A DNA stretch of 64,000 nucleotides from Zootoca vivipara. Taxonomy: Eukaryota. Positions 25,501 to 37,667 of the stretch are shown here, piece by piece (position 1 is the stretch's first letter; each line of letters opens with the position of its first letter). The stretch spans positions 31,124,001 to 31,188,000 of the forward strand of contig NC_083276.1 of NCBI RefSeq assembly GCF_963506605.1. Direction: 5' to 3'. Below the pieces are notes generated by a model. That model searched no databases and was not told the DNA's origin. It saw only the letters and a list, made by a program, of their open reading frames with translations. A program made the translations under genes and the position numbers.

Positions 25501-26251
25501 GGGATTTACTTCTGAGGAAACATGCATAGGATTTTGGCGTTGTATCTTCAAACATGTCTGAAATAAATGGTGGTGGTAACTTGTAACTAGCTACTCAGCC
25601 GGAGGCCCAGGGTGAAACATGGATTTCAGTTCTGTACCTACTTAAGTGGGAGTAAGGCTTACAGAACTCAATAGGACACATCTGAGTAGAAACCTGATTG
25701 CACTGTTAAACGGTAATTGTTTTTTTAAAATATTAAATCTAGCTAACAATCAGGGTAGGGAACTGGATCCAGCCAGTGGGGTGAATCTCGATCTTCGCCG
25801 CAAACCTATGGTTAACCTTCGACAGGTTGGCAGATGGTTACCCACCTGTCAGTCACCTGATGTCACCATGACATCAGATGGAGCATTTTGCTTTGCCTGC
25901 AAAATAGGGGTGAAGGAAGTATTTCCTGGACAGTGTTGCTGTACTGCTCAGCTGGTCTGCACTTACAGCTAGCTCTGTTTTGGGATTGGCTGCATTGGTG
26001 CTGACAGGAAGCCTCGCTTGTCAAAGAACAATTGGGAGCACACAATTGGAACTCCCCCCCCCACCCAAATGCTTAATTTGGCTTGTGGACCAGAGGTTCC
26101 ACATCCTTGACTTACTGTTATTGGAGGATATAATAAAGTACATGTACCAGTAACCATACTGCTTTTAACTACATGAACAGTTGTTTCTTATATGTTATGA
26201 TAACTTTCTTTCTTTACAGGCAAATTTCAGGTGATGATACAGAAGATATAA
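17331..26251 (+). CDS. TRAPPC6B: Trafficking protein particle complex subunit 6B, 158 aa, 6 coding exons
   Basis: Exons: 17331-17411, 21130-21197, 21904-22021, 22929-23012, 24445-24538, 26220-26251 (477 nt). Translation [158 protein letters not shown]. Intron 4 donor is GC. AATAAA at 26291. Confidence 0.97.
17873..18105. mobile_element. hAT-type MITE
   Basis: CAGGGGCCAGCAAAC ... GTTTTCCTACCCATG ends with GGGCCGG/CCGGCCC subterminal motifs typical of hAT/Charlie MITEs; no clean target duplication. Confidence 0.6.
18582..18697 (-). mobile_element. CR1 LINE 3' fragment
   Basis: Near-identical to 5454-5546 and 33319-33410. Confidence 0.7.
19513..19544. repeat. (TA)n microsatellite
   Basis: About 16 TA units seen directly. 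Confidence 0.95.
19618..20117 (-). mobile_element. Possible solo LTR
   Basis: TGTC...GACA termini; minus-strand TATAAAA (about 19765) followed by AATAAA (about 19718) in LTR order; CCAAT motifs; target duplication not convincing. Confidence 0.4.
23044..23194 (-). mobile_element. Penelope-like short element with hammerhead motif in TRAPPC6B intron 4
   Basis: CAGGTAGGTAGCCGTGTTGGTCTG...GCACCTTAGAGACCAACTAA...GAGCTTTCGTGTGCATGCGCACTTCTTCAGATAC; minus strand gives CTGAAGA-stem II-GAAA-GCTC; TACGTAGTT repeated at 23035 and 23192. Confidence 0.75.
23762..24120 (-). mobile_element. RTE-BovB LINE 3' fragment nested in an L2-like remnant (about 23680-24330)
   Basis: Minus [58 protein letters not shown] is the BovB RT C-terminus; GTAAAACATT target duplication at 23752-23761 and 24121-24130. 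Confidence 0.9.
24992..25126. mobile_element. Palindromic hAT MITE with 8-bp target duplication
   Basis: TIR CAGGCATCCCCAAACT / AGTTTGAGGATGCCTG; CTCTAGAT duplicated at 24984-24991 and 25127-25134; related degenerate copies near 764, 27146, 31247, 44243, 46645, 52229 and 54600. Confidence 0.85.
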
Positions 26252-28266
26252 CACATGTACAGAACCAGCTTCCTGCCTTGTAAAATGACAAATAAAATGT
26301 ATATTTTATTTATATCCGTAGTTTATTGAAGCTGTCCTATATTGTGTAAAATGCCATATAGTTTAAAACACAAATTTTCAAGTATGACCAATAGCCAGTG
26401 TCTGCTGTATATCTTGCTTTTTGTGTGTGTGTAGTCACTTAAGTTACTGTGTGTTTCAAGGAAGATGAAGCTTACAAGTTTGTAAAGATGAAATGGAAAC
26501 CTTGATTAAATTTCAAGCTCTAATATCTGGTTAGTTTTGCAGTACTTTGATTTAGCAATGTAAAATTTGTTCCAAACATTGATCTAGAAGTGGGTTTGAC
26601 AAGATCTGTGGATATATAATAGGGCAACCAGCTATTATCTGAACTGGGGCTATGTTGTTTAATTGAATAATTAGAATGATTAATTAGATGACAGACTTTT
26701 ATATTTGTTTTTAATGCAAATACTTCTAAAAACTGCAGATGATCAGGCCAATCTTTGGAAAGGCATTTTTATATTTTTATAGGAGGGACTGCCTTTTAAG
26801 ATAACAATGTGTTAAAACAGGCCTAAACTAAAAGCATAAATTGTATCCAGACAAAATTAGTCATGGTTTAGTCCCATTAGACTCATTGGGATACGTTAGC
26901 CATGCCCAAGAAGTCCCATCAAGACTCATGACTACCTTAAGTCTGAAACTCTGAAACCAACCCTTTGCATGATCAAAACATGTTTTCCCCATCAACAATT
27001 TTAAATTCATAGCTTAATGGGCGAACTCATGATTAAATGACTGAAATACCTTAGTCAGGTTGCATCCCTCATTTAACCGGCTTCCCCCTTCACAGCTTTT
27101 GAGATACTAAAGAAATATTGTTGTATGTAATGGGATTGAACTAGATCAGGCATCCCCAAACTTCGGCCCTCCAGTTTTCCAGGTGGGAATAGATTATATT
27201 GAAATAGTTCCATACTCCTCTTATGGCTTTAAAGGTGGTGACCAGCACTTGGAATTCAGCCTGGATGTTCTCAAGGCCCAGCCCTGCTCGGCACTCTCCC
27301 TGCAACATTTTGCACAAGCTGAATTTCCAGATGCTTTCAAAGGCATGCCCAGGTGGAGCACATTACAGTACTTCAGTCTTGTGCTAAGTGAAGTATGTGT
27401 CACCACGGCAGGACCTGGAGAGCACCACGTTGGTTACTGCTGATCTATGTGTTAGCTGCATGAGGAAAGGTCTTGGAGCACTTCTGAATGAGTTGCAGTA
27501 ATTGCTTTCAAGAATAAGAAGCTATGAATAACAGCTAGGTATGAAGAGGAAGGCAAATTCCTAATGAACTTTCCACCAAATACAGACTGGCACAGATCAA
27601 GTTTGAAAAAAGAAAATACAAGTAGAATATATCTAAGCTAAATCTCTGCATAGAATGTTATTTTTATTTTACTATTCCTAGTATAGAAGGGGGATTCTGC
27701 TTGTGGGAAGCAGTGTGTGTTGGAGAGGCTTTCAGTATGTGTTTGAGAATGATCAATGCCAGCTAACTTACTAGCATCTACTAAAGCGGCTACGTCCATT
27801 TTATGAACTAAATTTGGCTATTTTAAGATGGCCTGAAGCATTGCAAAGGGCCAATACCAATACACTCACAAATTAAAACTCTTTTGAATAACTTTATTTA
27901 TAAAAACATAGTATTATAAAAAATTTACACTACACTAGCCAGATTCAGTCCTGCAGGGTTTTCAATGACAGAATCAGTCTTGCTCCGTGGTGTAGCTTGA
28001 ATAAGGAGGAGTTTGGCAAGCAAATGGGTCCTTCAGAAAGTGTTTAGGCACTGTGTTGGGTGACCTTTTCCATGCTGAGTTTTCCAGCCACACTTGCTAA
28101 AAAGACATTCCAACTATTCATTTTCTACAGAATCCCCCCCCCCCCCATTCAGGGAGATCACACTGGAAGATGGGATATCTCTGCTGTTCTTCACTAGCTG
28201 ATAACATTGGCTTGCATAGTGCCTTAGAAACAATGACATCCAATGCGTTTATGCTTTCAAGACATG

Positions 28267-31200
28267 TCAGGATGCTTCATCAGCCAGATCATGCTGGTCA
28301 AAATACCTATTGGGGAAAAGAATCCATAAAGGTTATACAAGTCGCTAAGGAAAGTCTACACAAAAACTTAAAATGTCAAAGAAAAGCAATACTTGGGTAT
28401 CTCAAACTCCTTCAACTGAACACTGATGTACTAAATGAATGCAAAAACTATACCAATTTCAGTTGCTTCAAGAACAGAGGCCAGGGTGGTATGTGGCTCA
28501 GCTTCTCTTAAGGTTAATAATCCTGTGCATTTGTAGCCCCTGCTGGCATGCAGCCCCCCAAAAGATTACCTCCAAGGGAATGTGAGTCTCAACAAGGTTC
28601 CTTAGCCCTGACTTACCGGTATAACAAAAAGGTCCCAAACAGGTTTTGCCCTGGTAGTGAATAAACTGCTTCAAGCTAAAACAACTTGAAGGAATCCTAT
28701 TTAATTATGTTGTGATATTCATTCCCTCTGCCCCTACTTTGCAATACACTTTTGATAAGGAATCGGAACCTATTGATCCCTGATGAATAAGGAGGCATCC
28801 TCAAGCAATTCTGAGAAGTGACAGGAGAGGGAGGGGGAAACCAGGAGCAGACAAATTATAGCCTTTATGAAAAATAGTGTATGGTTCTTGTGGTCAGGGC
28901 ATATTATAGCCTTCCAGAAGCCTCATCACTGGATTATAGGAATAGTGATGGCTGAACTTTGCCCCCTAAATCTTCATAAAGAATCTGAAACAGCCTAGAA
29001 GGCCACAAAACTACAGGACTTAAAAATCCAAAGCTTCTGTCAGACCATTGAGGATAACAGCTTTGAGTGACTCAAGCTTACAATCCTTAAATAGCCTTCT
29101 ACAGAATTACAATTTCTCCTTTAGTGGCTTGCAGCTGTGACTATGCCATCATACCTGCCAACTAAACAAATTAACAAGTTCAGCGCAGACACTTTTTCAT
29201 CATTCTTGTTTTCCTGCAACAGAAGAAAAATGAAGTTAATGTAGTATGTTACAGCAAATGTCAACAACCCCGAACAGATTTGTGACTCAAAACACACTCC
29301 ACTGAATGTGACAGTAATTTCTTATGTTATCAGCATTTGCTGTTATGCTTCTGAAAACAGGTGATTCACTAAATTCAGGCATTCACTAAATTAATTAAGA
29401 ACTGTCAGCATTTTGGACAATCACTGTACCACCTAATACCCCAAATTCTCTTTTCTGCCACACTTTGAATTGTCATTTTTAGAATATATAAAGAAACAAA
29501 ATGAAAAAAAAATCCTACAACCCAGATGGTTACAGGAAAAGGAAACTATGAACAATTAGCATAGATTATATATTCCACTATTACTTTTCTGCCACAATAA
29601 TTTGTTGATTCAGCTTACTTCTAAGACTCTCACTTCAGAGCATCGTCTGGCCAACTGCCGAATGAGGGAGTGAGCCTCTGGCAACAATGGTTTTTCAAGA
29701 CAGGCCAATAGTGCATAAAGCCATCTGCCCTAGAGAAATTCAACAAAAGTTGCAACCAGAATTTAACACTTAAGTAAAATAGTTATTGCTCATTTTATCA
29801 AAATACACCTTGATCTAAGGATTACCACTGTGAAAGATCCATAGCAACTCAGTCACCATAAAATAGATACATCTGGTTCTCTCAAGCCAAATTTAGCTTT
29901 CAGGCATCTCTTATCCAACCAAACTTGACACTGCCTTATTTACAAGGTTCTGAATTGTAAGAATAAATGTTTTTTCCTAATCAGTGCTATAATTGATTTC
30001 TGGTCAATTTTTAGAGACTACAATACCTATTTAGATTTTGGAGGAGGGCAGTTAGAGTATCGTTGTAAAAGGAGTATATACCTTCTTAAAAGATATGACA
30101 CCTTGGAACGCTGAAAAGAGAGATACCAAAATATATACCTCTTTAGGAATGACATGTCTTTATGGCCATAATAGAGACTAAGGGAGGAATACACTGAATG
30201 TGTTCTGTCAGTTGAAGGCCTGTGCAAGGACTTCTGCTTGCATAACAGGGTTTCTGCCCTATCTCCTTCCTCTGTGCCCCCTGAAATTGGGTAGGATAGT
30301 GGTGGTGAGAACCCCTGAAAAGCACACAGGAAGAAGAGAGGATTGTCTCACCTGGCAAATCGAAATGTTTTCCCTGATTGAAAGATTACCTTAGCCGTGT
30401 GATGCTGAATTCCTCCCATGGTTCTCCCAAATGTCAATAAAGTATTAAAAAGTTTAAGTTAAAAGAGATCCACAAAGTGACTAAGAAAGAGATACATCTA
30501 CAGTCATACCTTGGTTTTCAAACAGCTAAGTTCTGAAACGTTTTGGCTCCGGAACGCTGCAAACCCGGAAGTGACTGTTCCGGTTTGCGAACTATTTTTG
30601 GAAGCTGAATGTCCAATGGGGCTTCCGATTAGCTGCAGGAGCTTCCTGCAGCCAATCAGAAGCTGCATTTTGGAAGTCGAACAGACTTCCGGAACGGATT
30701 CTGTTCGACTTCCAAGGTATGACTGTACTATGTTTCTTTAGTCTAACTTCTAAGATTGCCTTACCTGACTTCCAAAACTAAAAAAAAAAAAACAAAGAGT
30801 GCAAGTTACCAGTTCTGGAGTAAATTTCTTCTCTGCAAGCCAGTTTGTCAGGTACTCCAAGACGCTGGTTACCGTTGCCTTTTAAGAACAAGAGAAGCAG
30901 TTATGAAGAAGGGTTTTCTGCCACTAATGTTTCTATATAGCCCTTGCATTATTAGAAAACATGTAACAAGTATATTAGATATTTTATACCACATGCAGGG
31001 AATCTGTGGCCCTCCAAGTTGTGCGTGGATTCCAGCTCCCATACACCCCAGCTAGCATGGAAGGATGCAGGTTCTTAACTGACATGCACAAATGCTAAGG
31101 ATAATCAAGGAAGCAAATGGCTAAATGGATCACAATTAACCTGTTTTGAATACACATGCAAAGCCACCCTGTAGTGACAACACATGTTCGTAACTTCTGC

Positions 31201-34200
31201 TGCTATGAAATAGTTGCTGTACAGCAGTGGTGGGGAACCTCTAGCCCAGGGTTTCCCAAACTTGGGTCTCCAGCTGTTTTTGGACTACAACTCCCATCAT
31301 CCCTAGCTAGCAGGACCAGTGGTCGAGGATGATGGAAACAGTAGTCCAAAAAAAACAAAAAAAACAACAACAACAGCTGGAAACCAAAGTTTGGAAAACC
31401 CTGTGTCTAACCCACAGGGCTCATTAGGTCCACCAGGCGTCGGAGGTTGGCATTCTTCTGCAGCCAAAGTAAGTCCTTTTTGAATTTGAAATAGGGTGCT
31501 TTCTCCCACCACCCTGCAGAGGGAGTGAGGAAGAGGAGTTTGGATTTGATATCTCGCTTTATCACTACCCTAAGGAGTCTCAAAGCAGCTAACAATCTCC
31601 TTTCCCTTCCTCCCCCACAACAAACACTCTGTGAAGTGAGTGAGGCTGAGAGACTTCAGAGAAGTATGACTAGCCCAAGGTCACCCAGCAGCTGCATGTG
31701 GGGGAGCGGGGGAGCGAACCCGATTCACCAGATTATGAGTCCACTGCTCTTAACTACTACACCACACCGGCTCTGAAAAAGGTGCCAAATTAAAAAAGGG
31801 TAGAACTCAAGTTTGGTCTGCAAAGAAAGTGTCTTCATTTGCAGCCACGGCTTAAACTTTTGACCACCTGATATCATATGACATCAAGTGACTTGACAGG
31901 TGAGTGAGTGGCCCCATCACCTATCAAAGTGTCCTGCAGAAGGCTAGCCACTTCTGGATCTAGCCCTTTGGTGTGGATCCAATTCCCCATCCCTGCTGAA
32001 CAGTCTTATCATAAGCATTTATTTTTCACTGGCATATCCAATATGAAAATCAGGTTGCTGTCTGTGACAAATATTCCTACAATCTTTCATACAAATCTTT
32101 GTTAGATCATAACTAGCTGTCAGAGGTGTTGTAGGCTACTCCAGAGTAAAGATGCTCAAAGCCTCCATGTCTTTATAAGGCTTTTATTGTGCATTCTATG
32201 TACAGTGCAAAGAGAGCTTCAAGAACACATGTCTAGCTGCTTCCTTCAGATTCTCCCAATGCCCCTCGCCGGAAATGTTGCCAACATAACAGCTTCGGGA
32301 CGTGAAATCTCCTCCCCTTACGTCTGCGTGAGGAGGACTTCCTCAGTTCCGGCAAGAACTTAAAAGGGCGCCCCTCCCTTCCTGACAACAAGGGCTGGAG
32401 GGATGGCTCCTGGACGTTGTCAGAGCCCTGTTCCTCCATGCCTATGAGCTCTTCCCTTTCTCCTCCCCCTTTGCTGCTGTCTGCCTCATTACTGGAGCTG
32501 GAATGTAAGGGGTGTGGTCGATCCCTGCACGACCATTCCCATACACTAGCAAACTGTAGTTCAGAGCTGGATACAACTTTCCACAAGTAATATGTATGAT
32601 GGTAGGATGTCTATGAGCAAGTGGACAGTACAAATCTAAAGAATTCACTATCAGCCATATTTGTAGAGTGAAAGAAATAGAATTACCTGATTCATTCTGC
32701 TAACAATACTCAGCAATGGAGGAAAGCCAATCTAGAAGAGAAAAAAGCTCCATCAGAATATGTAGGATTTTTGTGGGATACAGATGTATTTGATGGAAAA
32801 CAGAATTAGTTTAGCACATTGGCACTTTGCTGCCAATGGGTGATAACAAACAGGACAGTCCCTTCATTTGTGCCTCTTCTCCAAATCTGTTCCAGAGGGT
32901 TCCCAAAACCCCAGAGCAGATTTTGTAGGTGCAGGGCAAGGCTGTACAAAGGAGGAGAGGAAGGAGAAGTCACATTGTATCAGTGGAAGGTTGTGGTGGA
33001 CAGTCAAAGTGGGTTATCACCCAATGTTTTTTTTTTAAAAAAGCATCTTTATTAAATGGGAGTGTCATATGCACATAAAAACATGCCTAGGAACTCTGAA
33101 AAAGGATGTACAGTAGATATTCAACACTTTTGTCCAAAGTTAATACGCACTTGTACATAATCAATTCCTTGATCTTCATCTCTGGATACTTCAACAGCTG
33201 TGTCTAAATAGGACTTTTCACCTAGACAAAACCTTTTCCAGCCTTCTTCGTCCTCGACTCCGGGCTGAAGAATGCAAAAAGGCAAATTACTTTTCTTATT
33301 TAATGAAACAAAAATGTTAGAATCATAGAGTTGGAAGAGACCACAAGGGCCATCCAGTCCAACCCCCTGCCAAGCAGGAAACACCATCAAAGCATTCTTG
33401 ACACATGCCTTGACATATGTTGTGAGGTGTTTTTTCCCCATTAGGTTAGATAAAATTCTGCCCTCAGAAAAGTCCATCCTGTATTTTTAGTTTGTAACAC
33501 AGTTACCACAACAACAACACTTGGAATCATAATGTGACCCAATAACAAAATAAAGAGAAAGGCATTCATAAGGGGCTGAATTGGAGTATTAAGGAACAAA
33601 CAGTTTGACAACATAGTTAATATGTTATATTCAACTTACGATTGCTACATTACTGTCCAAATGTTGCGACTTCCAATGATTCCTGTGCTTGTTCACACTC
33701 TGGAAGATTTATAATTAAAATCTAATGACTTCAGCATTCATCAGCTAAAAAGACCTCAACAGAATTAAATCTTATTTCAAAAGGAAAAAGAGTGAGATGA
33801 GTGGCAGGCTGAATTTTGTTGTTGTTTTTGATAGGGAATATATCATTATACACAGGGCCGGCTCTAAGGCAAGCCCATGGGACGTTGCGCGGCTGCGCCT
33901 GCTACAACAGCGCTGTGCCCACCCGCTGCAGTGAGAAACGGGGGGGGGGGGCCGCCGGAGCGATCATCGCACCACGGCGCCAGTCATGCTTAAGACGGCC
34001 CTGATTATACAAATAAACACAATGTGATCCTTTCTATTTTAAAAAAACTCTTGACAGTTAGTTGATCTGAGAGTATGTTTAATATTTGGAGGCCAAATCT
34101 TCAGAATGCAAATGTTTGGGAGTTCTCTCAGGCTGACAAGAAGATTCAGGAATATAACAGGAAAAACACCATATTGGCTCATTAGCTTGGTGTATATAAT

Positions 34201-35811
34201 CACTACTAACCTGGCGAATGGCTGAAAAGTGTGCCACTTGTTGCTGTTGCCATTTCAGAGTTGGAGAATACCCTTCAGGGGCAGGTTGACATCCTGAAAG
34301 CTAACGAAGGAAAGAGTGAATATGGCTTTGTTAAGAATTTAGCATAGTTACATTTTAAGGCAGGACCATGTTGTTGCAATTTCAAGTCCTGTTCTGCAAG
34401 AACACCAGCCACATGGCTGGTGCAAGGTGTTCAATTTTGTGACTGGAAAACCCTCAAAAGCCTTGGCAGTTTACGTGGATGGTGTTTACTTATGCAAAAC
34501 AAACCCTGAAATTGCAATGGAGTGGCACATTCTTAAAACAAGAGAACAATCAAACTCAAGTGCTTCCAACTTTATTATTTTATCTCAAAAAGTTTATGGA
34601 TACAACTCTTCAAAACTTACTGAAATATTCGCAGTCTGCTTCTTTTTCAATTTCTTGGGGTCTATCTGGGCCACAACAACATCAGGGCATTTTGCAGCTT
34701 CAATCCTACAAAACAAAAATGGGGTCTAAAATTTGGAGTGCCTTCTGCTCCTCTTTTATATAATTTTGCCTCTTTGAGCTGTTTTATTTATTTTCAATGA
34801 GAATGTTCTATTTTTAGGCTTTTTTTGAACAGGCTGCAATACAAAACTATTAATCCAGAACATAACATAGAAGGCCAGCAGAAACATTATCCGTATGTGC
34901 TTCACAAACTACAGCTGAAAACAGCATTCCTATTTAAAATATAAGTGTTGTGTTTTAGTTGGCTGAACATTTTTTTGTTAACACTCAATGTCTTTTACAA
35001 GTTAAATCTATGCAGTCAGAAGTAAAGCATTCCACAGAGCTTACTCCCAGGTAACAACACTGCAGTCACGTCACGCAGCTGATCAGAAAAGTGAGCACAG
35101 ATCTCCCCAAATTCCAACATGTGAACATCGCCCGTTGTCACCTCCATAGTCTGCCCCTGTCAGCTGATCCTAACCAACTGGGTATAGCAGTATGTACTGA
35201 TACTCTTTGGTGTGTGCGTGTATCAAAACAAAGAATCTGCCTGAATTTTTGGACTCTGTTTGTGCACGTGGCTATGGCGGCTGTCGCGATGTGTTCCCGT
35301 ACTTCAAAATTTAAGACGACAAAATTGTTTTGTTTCATAAGGTAGGATGGGGGGGGGGGAGGAAAAAGACATGTGCTAAAAATAAATAAATAGTGGCCTA
35401 CAGCCTACAGCTTCTGGGAAGTAAATGACCCGATCCCGATAGAACTGCACACACATCTGGCCATCAAAAGAAGCGCTTGCCCTGAGGAGCTCTATGCAAA
35501 CTCCAAGCACGCTGCAAGCAGCAGCCGCCATGCCCAGGTGTGCATGAGGGTCCACTTGGCAGTGAAAAACATTATGGGAATCTCTGGTCCCCCGAAGGGG
35601 CTGGCAGGCAGGCGATCCCAGCCCGCTCCCTCTGCTCCCCGGAACAGCCCCGCTCCCCACCCCGACCTACCAAGGAGGCGCCCACTTACTGGACCCGCTT
35701 TAAATATTCCTGGGGTGTTCTGGGGGGCACAGTGGGGTCGAAGTCCTCCGAGAGGTCGCAGTCCTGCACAGGTAGGAGCCGCGGCATCAACTCCTCCGCC
35801 GCCGACTCCAT
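28267..35811 (-). CDS. GEMIN2: Gem-associated protein 2 (SIP1, SMN complex), 264 aa, 10 coding exons
   Basis: Exons: 35811-35690, 34705-34621, 34300-34211, 33699-33640, 33264-33151, 32731-32687, 30878-30810, 29729-29619, 29213-29155, 28306-28267 (795 nt, all GT-AG). Translation [62 protein letters not shown]...[14 protein letters not shown]...[34 protein letters not shown]...[12 protein letters not shown]. Minus-strand AATAAA at 27893-27898. Confidence 0.97.
30501..30725. mobile_element. Tigger/pogo-like MITE
   Basis: TA-CAGTCATACCTTGG ... CCAAGGTATGACTG-TA, 14-bp perfect TIR. Confidence 0.85.
31525..31773 (-). mobile_element. tRNA-derived SINE (MIR-like / Squam3-like)
   Basis: Minus strand begins GAGCCGGTGTGGTGTAGTAGTTAAGAGCAGTGGACT...GGGTTCGCT (A and B boxes), has a CORE-like GTGACCTTGGGCTAGTCA and a purine-repeat tail. 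Confidence 0.75.
32118..32545 (-). mobile_element. Solo LTR in GEMIN2 intron 6
   Basis: TG...CA termini (TGTCAG...CATACA), perfect 5-bp target duplication CTAGC (32113-32117, 32546-32550), minus-strand AATAAA at 32183-32188. Confidence 0.8.
33319..33410 (-). mobile_element. CR1 LINE 3' fragment
   Basis: Same sequence as copies at 5454 and 18582. Confidence 0.75.
33853..34003. mobile_element. GC-rich hAT MITE with 8-bp target duplication
   Basis: TIR CAGGGCCGGCTCTAAG / CTTAAGACGGCCCTG; ATTATACA duplicated at 33845-33852 and 34004-34011. Confidence 0.85.
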
Positions 35812-36030
35812 CTCTCAGCCGGGAGACTTCTTTCACCAGAGCCCGCAAAGCGCATGCGCGGCAAACAGCGACGCTCGCGACGACCGAGAAGCAGATCTAG
35901 GCCGCGCGCGCGCAAACCGCCGTTTCGAGAGTTCAGCCAGCAAAGGCGCCTGCGCAGGGATTGGGTGACCGCGTTTACTTATATGCCGCTTTCCACAATG
36001 AGCTGGGCCGTGCAGCAAACATTCGAAAAC
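35600..36030 (-). promoter_or_regulatory. GEMIN2 CpG-island promoter with two NRF1 motifs
   Basis: CpG-rich; GCGCATGCGC at 35850-35859 and GCGCCTGCGCA at 35946-35956, upstream of the ATG at 35811. Confidence 0.75.
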
Positions 36031-36671
36031 ACCATCAGTGAATTTTAAAAAGCAAATTGGCGAACACAGAATAAATTCAACTTTTTTAAAAAATAAATCC
36101 CTAGGTTTAAGTACTTAAATATAAAGCAAGAGTTAACCGACAATAAAGTTTCTGGTCTCCCAGCACGCCAAGGAGCCTGGCTTAAATACAGTTCAGAGGG
36201 AAGCCAGGTTAGGTGACATCTACAACCTGGCTCCCCTATCCTTTACTCCAGAGGAGGCTGACAGCAAGAGAAGAGAAATGTTGGGGAGGGCAATGATGGT
36301 CACTCTTCCCCAGCCTCCTATGAATACTAACTTGCTGATGCAGGTCTTATGGTCTGCCCTGAGCCCCCAAAAAATAAATAATTTTTTTTAAAAGAGCTTT
36401 TCCTTTATTCAAACAAAGGACGCACTTGATAGAACCAAGTGTATACAATTTATGCTTAAAATTCTCTACAGAAATCTTGTATTCAAGGCAACAGATGTCA
36501 AGCAGAAGGCAGCAGTGATAGCTTGCAGTCACTATTTTTCATGTCCAAGTGTGGAATTTAAATACTATGGGACATTGACCATGGATCTGAGATTTTATTC
36601 GTTTATTTGGGAGATACTGCTAATAAAACCTGCAAAATAAGCCCACGATTAATACAAGCTTATTATTATTA

Positions 36672-36922
36672 CAGTGGTACCTTGGTTTAAGAACAGCTTA
36701 GTTTATGAACAACTTGGATTAAGAACGCTGCAAACCCGGAAGTAGGTGTTTTGGTTTGTGAACTTTGCCTTGGAATAAGAACATGTTTTGCTTCCTGTTG
36801 AGTGTGTTCCATTTGTAAATTGAGTCCCCTGCTGCTATGGAAAGCACACCTTGGTTAAAGAACGCTTTGGTTTAAGAACGGACTTCTGGAACGGATTAAG
36901 TTCGTAAACCAAGGTACCACTG
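36672..36922. mobile_element. Tigger/pogo-like MITE
   Basis: 18-bp perfect TIR CAGTGGTACCTTGGTTTA / TAAACCAAGGTACCACTG flanked by TA. Confidence 0.9.
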
Positions 36923-37397
36923 TACAATGTATTACCCGCCCTTCCCTCTAAGGTCCCAGTGATTCCACAAATAGACTTTGAATTAGACTTTGAATTAATG
37001 GAAGAAACCCTCAATTCTTTGGAGAGGCAAAGAGAGGAACTGGGGGTAGAGTTACAGAGGATGGCTATATGGCTTATAATCTGTTCATTTGTCCATATGG
37101 GCAACAAAATGTTGCCCATATGTTGTATTGGGAAGGCTAAGTAACCAGGGAAATTGTGCATTCTAAATTCAAGATTCCTGGGTATTCTAGAAATGCATTA
37201 CTCACCTAGAGTTGTTTTGTAGTCCTCAATTCTAATTTTCTCTGCTGTTTAAAAGCAGCATTATTTCTCTCTACAATGTAGTCCAATGTACTCTTCTAGT
37301 AACCATGATCTAAAGAACGAACCTTCTTACATCTCTTAAAATGGAGATCATGAGTGTAAGGGTAGTTCCACATCACCCAGAAAATGGCTTGTTACAT

Positions 37398-37667
37398 GTT
37401 GTTGTTTAGTCTGACCCCCATGGACCAGAGCACGTCAGGCACTCCTGTCTTGCACTGCCTCCCACAGTTTGGTCACTCATGTTGGTAGCTTTGAGAACAC
37501 TGTCCAACCAACTTGTCCTCTGTTGTCCCCTTCTCCTTGTGCCCTCCATCTTTCCCAACATCAGGGTCTTTTCCAGGGAGTCTTCTCTTCTCATGAGGTG
37601 GCCAAAGTATTGGAGCCTCAGCTTCAGGATCTGATCATTTTAGGCAACAGATCCTGAAGCTGAGGCT
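37398..37667 (-). mobile_element. RTE-BovB 3' fragment with fold-back 5' junction
   Basis: Minus [26 protein letters not shown]; 12-bp target duplication GGCTTGTTACAT (37386-37397, 37664-37675). Confidence 0.85.
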
